A stretch of DNA of 64,000 bases from an uncultured bacterium (GTDB lineage: Bacteria > UBP7 > UBA6624): contig CAZFBE010000001.1 of assembly GCA_964517115.1 (NCBI GenBank), positions 15,612 to 79,611 of the forward strand. Reading direction: 5' to 3'. Both the position numbers and the translations under genes were made by a program. A model generated the notes under the pieces. It worked only from the letters and a program-made list of their open reading frames with translations. It ran no database searches and was not told where the DNA came from. Of the stretch, positions 28,096 through 36,222 are shown piece after piece; the first letter of the stretch is position 1; the number at the start of each line of letters is the position of its first letter.

Positions 28096-29066
28096 TATTG
28101 CCACCTTTTGAAATACATGTTCCATCATCTGTTGAAGAAGCTGTAAAAATTGCAGAAGAGGTAAAGGGTGAAGGTTTTGATTATGTTTCTGGAGGAACGG
28201 ATCTTTTACAAAATTATAAAAACAGATTGAATGTCAAGCCTCACCTGATAAGTTTAAAACAAATTAAAAAGTTAGACTTCATTAAAGAAAATGAAATTGG
28301 ATCTTTGGTAACCTTAGATTCAATAACAAGGAATGCAACAACCAAAAAAACTTTTCCTGGACTTTTTGAGGCTTGTAGCCAGATTGGAAGTGTTCTTGTC
28401 AGAAAAACAGGAACAATAGGGGGGAACCTATTGATAGATAACAGATGTTACTTCTACAATCAAACATCATTTTGGAGAACATCTGTGGGTTCTTGCCTAA
28501 AGGCAGAAGCAGATGAATGCAGGGTAATACCCCAAAAGGAATACTGTGTCGCCACCTTCTCAAGCGACTCAGCTCCAATGCTTGTTGCAGTTAATGCGAA
28601 ATATGAACTTCAAGGATTTGCTGGAAAAAGAATACTTAATTCACAAGATTTTTATGTACATGATGGAATCAGACGAAACATAAAAGAAAACAATGAAATA
28701 ATTACAAGAATAAAACTTCCAAAAAATATTGAAAAAATAAAAACAGGCTATGAGAAATTAAGAGTCAGAGACACTTTCGACTACCCCCTTGTTTCAGTGG
28801 CAGGAGCTCTTGAAAAAGACCCTGAAGGAAGAATAAAAAAATTAAAAATTGTCCTTGGGGCCATTGGAACCTACCCAATAATTAATGATGATGAGACAGA
28901 TAAGTTCAAAGGAGAAAAGCTGTCTGAAAAAATTATTACTGAAATTTCAGAAAAGATTCAAAAAAAATCTCAACCTTACAACAACCTAACGCTTCCTGTA
29001 AGTTACAGGAAAAAAATGATTGGAGTCCTTTGCAAAAGACTTATAAGTCGATTAAATAAACAATAA
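28092..29066 (+). CDS. FAD-binding medium subunit of a xanthine-oxidase-family molybdoenzyme, with a 4-Cys insertion (4-hydroxybenzoyl-CoA reductase beta-like)
   Basis: FAD-binding motifs VSGGTDLLQ and GTIGGNL; Cys119/135/143/152 form a C-x15-C-x7-C-x8-C loop; 324 aa. Confidence 0.85.
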   Translation: MILPPFEIHVPSSVEEAVKIAEEVKGEGFDYVSGGTDLLQNYKNRLNVKPHLISLKQIKKLDFIKENEIGSLVTLDSITRNATTKKTFPGLFEACSQIGSVLVRKTGTIGGNLLIDNRCYFYNQTSFWRTSVGSCLKAEADECRVIPQKEYCVATFSSDSAPMLVAVNAKYELQGFAGKRILNSQDFYVHDGIRRNIKENNEIITRIKLPKNIEKIKTGYEKLRVRDTFDYPLVSVAGALEKDPEGRIKKLKIVLGAIGTYPIINDDETDKFKGEKLSEKIITEISEKIQKKSQPYNNLTLPVSYRKKMIGVLCKRLISRLNKQ

Positions 29067-29654
29067 GTGAAAAAGATATCAGCAATCATCTTATGTGCTG
29101 GAATTTCGGAAAGAATGGGTGCTGATAAATCTTTACTTGATTTTGGAAATTTAAAATCAATTGAACTAATAATCGAAAAAATAAAAAAAATAAAATTCTC
29201 TCAAATAATCATTGTTGCAGGAAAGAATAAAAAAAATATTGAAAAATACATCCAGAATGAAAATCTTGCAATAAACACAAACCATGATTACAGATCCCTG
29301 TCAATTAAAAAAGGCTTGGAGTTGGTAGATGGAGAAAATGGATGCCTTATTTGGCCAGTAGATTATCCTCTTGTAAAGAAAGAAACATTAAGAAGTTTGA
29401 AAAAATCCTACAAAGAAGACTCTATCGTTTGTCCTGTTCATAAAAAAAGAGGGGGTCATCCAATTTTAATTGGTGCAAAAATTCTGGGAAGTTTGAAAAA
29501 AATACACCCAGAAACACCCTTAAGGGATTGGACCAAAAAACAAAAAAGAAAAATTTTAAAAACCTCAGATATTTGGGTTAATTACGAAATGAATACAAAA
29601 GAAGAATATATTGCTGCAAAGGAAATTTTAAAAAATCAATTTAAGTTTTCCTGA
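29067..29654 (+). CDS. mocA: MobA-like nucleotidyltransferase (molybdenum cofactor cytidylyltransferase-like)
   Basis: GTG start; N-terminal AIILCAGISERMGADKSLL motif; immediately follows the Mo-enzyme genes. Confidence 0.7.
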   Translation: MKKISAIILCAGISERMGADKSLLDFGNLKSIELIIEKIKKIKFSQIIIVAGKNKKNIEKYIQNENLAINTNHDYRSLSIKKGLELVDGENGCLIWPVDYPLVKKETLRSLKKSYKEDSIVCPVHKKRGGHPILIGAKILGSLKKIHPETPLRDWTKKQKRKILKTSDIWVNYEMNTKEEYIAAKEILKNQFKFS

Positions 29655-30478
29655 AGAGAGGCTTTTGCTTTGTGAAAATGGATAACCTCATCATTAACCA
29701 CCTCTAGAGAAAAACTTTTTATGCCACCCATGTCTCTTAACCTTGTAGCACATCCTCTTATGACATCTTCAACAAAACAGGGATTTTCATATGCTGATAT
29801 TGTTGCTTCTCTTTCATCCTGTCTTTTCAAAATAGGGTATGAAGGAGCAGATAAAGATTTTTCAGCTAAATCGATTAGTGAATCTAAAGAAATATTTTCC
29901 TTTTGCGCATTCTCGACTTCAATAAAAATATGCCCATGCTGAGAGTGAGCACCCTTTCCCTTGCCGGAACTTGGATCATAATCAGAAATCTCTTTTGAGC
30001 AAGGGCAGCATGTTTGACCCGTAACCTTAACCCATGTTTTTAGAGAAAATTTACCATCCTTGCCAAAAGAACTTTTATACCCAACTAAATAGGGGGCAAC
30101 TCCAACTATAGAAGTAACTGGAGCCTTTACCTCTCTAAAATAATCAAATTCAACATTTATAAAAGCCTCAGAACTTTCAAGATACTTCTTCATTTCTCTT
30201 GTTAGCAATTCAATTGATTCAGAATCTAAACAATTATCTTCATTCGAAAGGAAGTCATTAAGAAGAATGGAAAATCTACTCATATGCGTACCCCTTTCAT
30301 CTGAATTTAGATTTACATACATTTCAAACTTTCCAACTGTGCTATGGATTTTCCCATTTGGTTTTTTAAATCGCAAAGGAACCTTTAATTCAGATATTCC
30401 AACCATGTCTATAGACACATTCCTCTTGTCTTTTTCTTTCATCAAGTCAGGCAATGTCTTTTTTGTCTTGTTTTCCAT
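29636..30478 (-). CDS. folE2: GTP cyclohydrolase IB (FolE2/MptA family)
   Basis: ERGTHMSRF and CCPCSKEIS motifs; 280 aa. Confidence 0.85.
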   Translation of the reverse strand: MENKTKKTLPDLMKEKDKRNVSIDMVGISELKVPLRFKKPNGKIHSTVGKFEMYVNLNSDERGTHMSRFSILLNDFLSNEDNCLDSESIELLTREMKKYLESSEAFINVEFDYFREVKAPVTSIVGVAPYLVGYKSSFGKDGKFSLKTWVKVTGQTCCPCSKEISDYDPSSGKGKGAHSQHGHIFIEVENAQKENISLDSLIDLAEKSLSAPSYPILKRQDEREATISAYENPCFVEDVIRGCATRLRDMGGIKSFSLEVVNDEVIHFHKAKASLQENLN

Positions 30479-30489
30479 AAAGGCAAATT

Positions 30490-33400
30490 CTATTTTTTTT
30501 CCAGCTTTTCTTTCCAGTTTAATAGTATTTTTTTTGCATTTTTATCATATTTCTCTTCAAGTTTGAATTTCTTTGTACCAAAGTCTAAATAAATTTCCAC
30601 ATTTCCAGGTTTTAAAGTTTTTAAGACATCACCTAAAGAATTCAAATATTTCTTTTTGAGAAAACCATTCAAGTCCAAAATGATACTCTCTAACAGTTCA
30701 TGTCGCGAAACTAATCCACTTTCAGATTCATAATTACTTCCATCAGGCCAAATCTGTTCGCCATAAAGGCTAACTGCTCCATCTTTACCCTTTCTGCTGC
30801 GAGCCCTTATAACAACAACTCCATCAGAGAGATGGCTTGAATCAATACCGTCTAACGATCTTTCATAAAAAACAACCGGAAACCTAAAACCCTTATCCTG
30901 AATAACCCCTTCCGCAATTCTTTTTCCAGAATATGTCTTTCTGATTTTGCATGAAGAAAGATAACCAATGGCATCAATTTTAGAACCCGCCTTGAGATCG
31001 CTTAACTTCCTTACCCCCATGTTTAAAAAATGTTGATACCTGTCTGAGATTGGAGATGTTGTAATAAATGATTCAAGAGCATTGAATTCAAGCTGGAAAA
31101 GAGAATCTACATTTTTCATATCATCCTCACTGACAGTTGGAATGTTTATTAATGTTTTTTCTCCAAACAGTGAACCTTGTCCCTTATGCCTTGAAAGCCT
31201 TTCTACCGCCTTGTAAATATCTTTTATAACCAGCTGCAGATGCCTTCTGTCAAGATTAAAAGAATCAAAAGCTCCAGCAGCAGCCAAGGTTTCACAAGCT
31301 CTCGTATTTACAACTTTTTGACACCTTGAAACAAAATCTTGCAAATCTTCAAAATTCCCGTTTCTCTTCCTTTCAGAAACTATCTCTCTTGCAGAAACTT
31401 CTCCAACATTTCTAATGCTCGCTAGCCCATAAAGAATTTCATTATCACTATTGACACTAAACAAATCCTGACTTGAGTTTATATCTGGAGGAAGAACATC
31501 CTTCCCCCAACTGATTAACCTTGAAACACAATCTCCTACCTTTTCAGCATTTCCAGCATAACTAGAAAGCCAAGCGGCATGAAAGAAGGAAGGAAAATGC
31601 GCTTTTAAATAAGCACATTGAAAACCTATTACAGAATACGCAACAGAATGGGATTTTGGAAAACCATATTGAGCAAACTCTTCTATTTGATTAAATATCT
31701 TCAAAGCTTCATCTTGGTTTATCTTTCCAACTTCTTTTGCACCATTTATAAATCTTTTTCTCTGCGTCTTCATCAAAGACTCAATCTTTTTTCCCATAGC
31801 CTTTCTCAAATCGTCTGCTTCGATTAAAGAGTACCCTGAAAGCTCTTGAGCTATCCTCATAACCTGCTCTTGATAAACCATGATTCCCAAAGTTTCCTCT
31901 AGAACCTCTTTGAGTGCTGGGTGTGGAGGGGTTGGTTTTTCTTTTCCCTGTTTTCTTTTCACATAGCTGTCAGCAAGGCCGGAATTTAAAGGGCCAGGAC
32001 GATTTAAAGCATTAATTATCGCAAGATCTTCAATTGACTTGGGTTTAATTTTCTTTAACAGACCAACAGCAGTTGAAGATTCGAATTGAAAAACACCGTC
32101 CGTATAGCCCTTAGTCAAAAGCTTAAAAGTCTTTTTGTCATCTTCTTTGTCACTTAAGTCATATATATCGCACTCATGCCCTTGGATGTTAATCTCTTTT
32201 TGTGCCTCATTTAAAAAAGTCAAATTCCTTATTCCCAATATATCCATCTTTACAAGACCCATGCTTTCTAAGTCATTCATTTCATACTGGCTTACAACTT
32301 CCCCATTCTTTCCTCGTGCCAAAGGAACCATCCCAGCCAAGTTTTGATTTGAAATAACCAAGCCTGCTGCATGAACCCCCTTGTTTCTAATTGTGTTTTC
32401 AATAAGTATCGCTTTTTCCAAAGCCTTTTCGCATTCGGGATCCCTGTTAACTATGTCTCTAATAATATTATTCCTTAAAGCATCTTTTAATTTTTCACCA
32501 TCTGACAAAGCTTTTGCAACCAAGCTAAACCTTGGCTCAGGAATTGCAGACAATCTAGCAATATCTCTAAATGCTAGTTTTCCTTTTAACCTGTTGAAGG
32601 TGATTATTTGTGAAACTTTTTTGGTTCCATTTTTTTCTCTTATATACCTTATTACATCATCTCTTCCCAAGGTACAAAAATCCATATCTATATCTGGGAG
32701 AGATTTTCTTCCTTTGTTTAAGAATCTTTCAAAGATCAATCCGTACTTTAAAGGATCTATCGTTGTTATGTCCAAACAGTAAGCAACCAAACATCCAGCA
32801 CCAGAACCTCTTCCGGGACCAACGGGTATTTGATTGTCTTTTGCGTATTTGACATAATCTCTTACGGCTAAAAAATAGTCTGGATAACCAAGGTCCTTTA
32901 TGACGTCAAGTTCCTTCTTCAACCTTTCCTTGGCTTCCTTAATGTTTTTTTTATATCTTTTTTGCAAACCTTCTTCTGCCAATTTCTCCAAATATTCACT
33001 GGAGCTTTTGTAGTTTTTTGGAATTTCAACAATTGGAAAAATTGGATTTGGGTTTGAAAAAACCTCTGAAAAATCTTCAACCATATCACTTACAAGGTTG
33101 GTGTTTTCTACACATTCAGGATTTTCCTTGAAAAGATCCAACATCTCAGACTCTGTTGCTAGATGAAGATTTGGCCATTTTGCCCTAAACCTATCAGGAT
33201 CATCTATCAATCGGTTGCTTCTTATCGCAAGAAGCAAATCCTGAACCGAGTGGTCCCCTTTTTTTAAGAAATGAACATCATTTGTTGCAACAACCTTTAT
33301 TTCTTGTTTTTTACCATATTCAAATAACTGCTTTGCAATAATCTCTTCTTCCTCTATTCCGTGATTCATTACTTCAAGAAAAAATCTATCTCCAAAAACC

Positions 33401-33906
33401 TCCTTGAACCAATCAATTCGATTTTTAGCATGAGTTAGATTCCCATCAACAATTGCTTTTGACAAAATCCCCTGAATACACCCAGAAAGAACTATTATCC
33501 CTTCATTCCTTTCTGCAAGCCAGTTTAAATTTATTCTGGGGTTTCTATAAAAACCTTCTAAATGAGCTTTTGTGGTCAGTTTTGAAAGGTTTGAATAACC
33601 TTTTTTATTCATTGCTAATAAAGTAATATGATTTGTTTTTTTAGTATCTTTACCCCTGTCATCAAACTCAAAATCATCATATACATAAGCTTCACATCCT
33701 ATAATCGGCTTCAAGCCTATCTTTTTCGCCTCTCTAACAAAAGAAGGAACTCCGTACATGACCCCATGGTCAGTAATTGCAATTGAATTTTGTCCACATT
33801 CTTTTGCATAAGTTAAAATTTCTTTAGGAGAACACACTCCATCTAAAACAGAATACTCAGTGTGCAGGTGAAGATGTGAAAAAGACATGATTAATAATAC
33901 TAACAT
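30490..33906 (-). CDS. dnaE: DNA polymerase III alpha subunit
   Basis: PHP domain SFSHLHLHTEYSVLDG; catalytic LPDIDMDFC; 1138 aa. The true start is probably the Met of MSFSHLH at 33888. Confidence 0.95.
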   Translation of the reverse strand: MLVLLIMSFSHLHLHTEYSVLDGVCSPKEILTYAKECGQNSIAITDHGVMYGVPSFVREAKKIGLKPIIGCEAYVYDDFEFDDRGKDTKKTNHITLLAMNKKGYSNLSKLTTKAHLEGFYRNPRINLNWLAERNEGIIVLSGCIQGILSKAIVDGNLTHAKNRIDWFKEVFGDRFFLEVMNHGIEEEEIIAKQLFEYGKKQEIKVVATNDVHFLKKGDHSVQDLLLAIRSNRLIDDPDRFRAKWPNLHLATESEMLDLFKENPECVENTNLVSDMVEDFSEVFSNPNPIFPIVEIPKNYKSSSEYLEKLAEEGLQKRYKKNIKEAKERLKKELDVIKDLGYPDYFLAVRDYVKYAKDNQIPVGPGRGSGAGCLVAYCLDITTIDPLKYGLIFERFLNKGRKSLPDIDMDFCTLGRDDVIRYIREKNGTKKVSQIITFNRLKGKLAFRDIARLSAIPEPRFSLVAKALSDGEKLKDALRNNIIRDIVNRDPECEKALEKAILIENTIRNKGVHAAGLVISNQNLAGMVPLARGKNGEVVSQYEMNDLESMGLVKMDILGIRNLTFLNEAQKEINIQGHECDIYDLSDKEDDKKTFKLLTKGYTDGVFQFESSTAVGLLKKIKPKSIEDLAIINALNRPGPLNSGLADSYVKRKQGKEKPTPPHPALKEVLEETLGIMVYQEQVMRIAQELSGYSLIEADDLRKAMGKKIESLMKTQRKRFINGAKEVGKINQDEALKIFNQIEEFAQYGFPKSHSVAYSVIGFQCAYLKAHFPSFFHAAWLSSYAGNAEKVGDCVSRLISWGKDVLPPDINSSQDLFSVNSDNEILYGLASIRNVGEVSAREIVSERKRNGNFEDLQDFVSRCQKVVNTRACETLAAAGAFDSFNLDRRHLQLVIKDIYKAVERLSRHKGQGSLFGEKTLINIPTVSEDDMKNVDSLFQLEFNALESFITTSPISDRYQHFLNMGVRKLSDLKAGSKIDAIGYLSSCKIRKTYSGKRIAEGVIQDKGFRFPVVFYERSLDGIDSSHLSDGVVVIRARSRKGKDGAVSLYGEQIWPDGSNYESESGLVSRHELLESIILDLNGFLKKKYLNSLGDVLKTLKPGNVEIYLDFGTKKFKLEEKYDKNAKKILLNWKEKLEKK

Positions 33907-34995
33907 ATGAAAAATAATCTAAAAATATATCTTTGCTTATTGGTAGGTTTTTTGTCTTTTCAAGAACAAAAAATAGAAAGCACTTTTGAAATCTTAGGGC
34001 CATGGGGGCAAGGTCTTGAAATTAAAGATTTAAATTGGCTAGACAATGAAAATATAGTATTTTTAGAAGAGAGCCCCTCTCCGCCGTTTGGAGAAAAAGT
34101 TAAATTGCTCAACATAAGAAGAAATGGAATTTTTTCATCTCTAGATCCCTTAGGAAGAATCCTTAAAATAAACAATGGCAACATACTGTGGAAACAAAAG
34201 ACACTTGCGGGTCCAACAGTGTTGTGGTATGGCAAAAGCGGCAAAGAAAAAATTCTTGCAGAATCTCAAACTGATATCAAAAAAGATGAAATTTCATTGA
34301 CTGAATCAGGAAAACTCTGGATAAGAGGGTGGGTTGATAATGAAACCTACTTAATTGATAATGATTTCAAGATATCGAAAAGTGCATATGACAATATTTA
34401 TTATCTTGAGGAAGGAAAAATAAAAAGGACAGTTGGTAATGGTGAGATTGAAACAATCTACCAAAATGAAGACCCCCTTGCAAAAATATCAAACTTCGCT
34501 ATTGACAAAAAAGCCAACATTCTCATTCTTGAAAACAAAGATGGCTTAAGTCGCCTCTCACTTGCAAAGAGCAACTCTGGAATAGACATTATTGTTGACT
34601 GGACAAAAGAATACACGATAGGGATATATGGTGGAGAAAACCTCGGATGGAGAATGAACCCCAAAAACATGGCCTCAAGGAAACAACAATTTTGCACCTT
34701 TTTGAATTTTGTTTTTATCGAAAAAAAATGCTTTACTCCAACAGACAGTCATTTTCTACAAGTTTACCAATGGTCTTTAAAAGAGAACCTTTGGATCAAT
34801 TCATTAATCGACGTAAAAGCAAATCAAATAAACCTTGTTAAGTGGGATGTTGAAAATAACAAATTTCAAATAATCGCAAAAATGGATAAACTTAAAAGTC
34901 TGTCAATTAGCCCTGATAATAAAAAAATTGCCGTGACATCAACAACCCATAAACAGCACTGGAATTGGGATATATTTGTTTTGAACTTAGATTAG
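33907..34995 (+). CDS. hypothetical secreted protein, possible PD40/TolB-like beta-propeller
   Basis: N-terminal signal-like segment (IYLCLLVGFLSF); C-terminal SISPDNKKIAVTS PD40-like repeat. Confidence 0.45.
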   Translation: MKNNLKIYLCLLVGFLSFQEQKIESTFEILGPWGQGLEIKDLNWLDNENIVFLEESPSPPFGEKVKLLNIRRNGIFSSLDPLGRILKINNGNILWKQKTLAGPTVLWYGKSGKEKILAESQTDIKKDEISLTESGKLWIRGWVDNETYLIDNDFKISKSAYDNIYYLEEGKIKRTVGNGEIETIYQNEDPLAKISNFAIDKKANILILENKDGLSRLSLAKSNSGIDIIVDWTKEYTIGIYGGENLGWRMNPKNMASRKQQFCTFLNFVFIEKKCFTPTDSHFLQVYQWSLKENLWINSLIDVKANQINLVKWDVENNKFQIIAKMDKLKSLSISPDNKKIAVTSTTHKQHWNWDIFVLNLD

Positions 34996-35009
34996 TTTTA
35001 ATATATAAT
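34981..35009 (+). promoter_or_regulatory. sigma70-type promoter candidate TTGAAC-17 nt-TATAAT upstream of the guaB3-like gene
   Basis: TTGAAC at 34981-34986, overlapping the last codons of the upstream gene; exactly 17 nt spacer; TATAAT at 35004-35009; start codon at 35065. Confidence 0.5.
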
Positions 35010-35022
35010 CTAGAAAATCGTA

Positions 35023-35050
35023 GCATTCACCCAAATACAAGAGTGAATGC
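35023..35050 (+). promoter_or_regulatory. 8-bp inverted repeat (GCATTCAC / GTGAATGC, 12-nt loop) in the predicted 5' UTR of the guaB3-like gene
   Basis: Read directly: 35023-35030 is the reverse complement of 35043-35050. It lies between the promoter candidate and the ATG. Confidence 0.4.
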
Positions 35051-35064
35051 ATCTCTGATTTAAT

Positions 35065-36222
35065 ATGGAAAATATGGAAAAAAGCTCTTTACCAAAATTA
35101 CAATCCACATACGGATTTGATGATGTTTCAATACTTCCAGGAATGAGCACCTTGGACCCCAGAGATGTTGATACTTCAGTCAAGATAGGCAATTCAAAAC
35201 TTAAAATTCCAATAATTGCTAGCGCCATGGATTCTGCAGTTGATGTTGTTTTTGCGGAAAAATTATCTAGAACAGGCTCTATGGGAGTTTTAAATCTTGA
35301 AGGACTGCAAACAAAATACGAAGACCCTTCGAAGGTTTTCAAGAAGATCACTTCTTGCAATTCCAAAGAAGCTATAAAAATGATTCAAGAAGTCTACTCT
35401 GAACCAATAAAAGAAAATCTAGTGTCCCTTAGGGTTAAAGAGCTCAAGGAGAAAGGCATTGATGCAGCAGTAAGCGTTACTCCCGCAAATGCAAAAAAAA
35501 TAGGGTTTCTAGCAAGAGAAGCAGGCGCTGATTTGATTTTTATCCAAGCAACTGTAATCAGCTCTCAACACAGAGGAGAAATATCTCTGGACATAAAGAA
35601 ATTCATAGAAGAAATAGAAATTCCTGTAATCTTGGGTAACTGTGTCACTGAAAATACTGCATATGAGCTAATGAAAACAAATCCTGCAGGAATACTCGTC
35701 GGAATTGGTCCTGGTGCAGCCTGCACAACAAGAGCTGTCACAGGTGTTGGCGTTGGTCAAGTTACAGCAACAATGTCTTGCTGTATCGCTAGAAAAAGAT
35801 ATTTTGAAGAAACAGGTAGATATATTTCAATAATTACAGATGGAGGAATGAGGAAAGGGGGAGAGATATCAAAAGCTATTGCCTCTGGAGCGGATGCTGT
35901 AATGTTGGGAAGTTGCTTCAGCGGGCTCAAAGAAACTCCTGGAGAGGGATACCATTGGGGAATGGCAACACAAGATCCAAATCTTCCCAGAGGAACAAGG
36001 GTTTCTGTTAAAAATATGGTTGATTTGGAAAAATTATTTTTTGGACCTAGTGACAGGGATGATGGAACTTTGAATCTTGTAGGAGGTTTGAAAAACTCCA
36101 TGGGCATGGTTGGAGCGATAAACATAAAAGAAATGCAAGAAGCAAGCGTAGTTCATTGCCCCTCTCTTAAAGATGAAGGCAAACATTATCAATTTGTAGA
36201 TGGTGTTGGCCAGGCCAAATGA
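35065..36222 (+). CDS. IMP dehydrogenase-related protein without CBS subdomain (GuaB3-like)
   Basis: YGFDDVSILPG N-terminus and catalytic-loop-like GIGPGAACTTR. At 385 aa it is about 100 aa shorter than canonical IMPDH. A short linker sits where the CBS pair should be. Confidence 0.8.
   Translation: MENMEKSSLPKLQSTYGFDDVSILPGMSTLDPRDVDTSVKIGNSKLKIPIIASAMDSAVDVVFAEKLSRTGSMGVLNLEGLQTKYEDPSKVFKKITSCNSKEAIKMIQEVYSEPIKENLVSLRVKELKEKGIDAAVSVTPANAKKIGFLAREAGADLIFIQATVISSQHRGEISLDIKKFIEEIEIPVILGNCVTENTAYELMKTNPAGILVGIGPGAACTTRAVTGVGVGQVTATMSCCIARKRYFEETGRYISIITDGGMRKGGEISKAIASGADAVMLGSCFSGLKETPGEGYHWGMATQDPNLPRGTRVSVKNMVDLEKLFFGPSDRDDGTLNLVGGLKNSMGMVGAINIKEMQEASVVHCPSLKDEGKHYQFVDGVGQAK

Noticed and set aside
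35010-35366. A 118-aa minus-strand ORF overlapping the guaB3-like start and the promoter region.
   Set aside because: It is antisense to a strongly supported IMPDH-family N-terminus and has no motif. Other antisense or off-frame ORFs in the track are rejected for the same reason: 8974-9333, 27464-27895, 32381-32782, 35757-36125, 44815-45141, 55275-55679 and 58415-58774.
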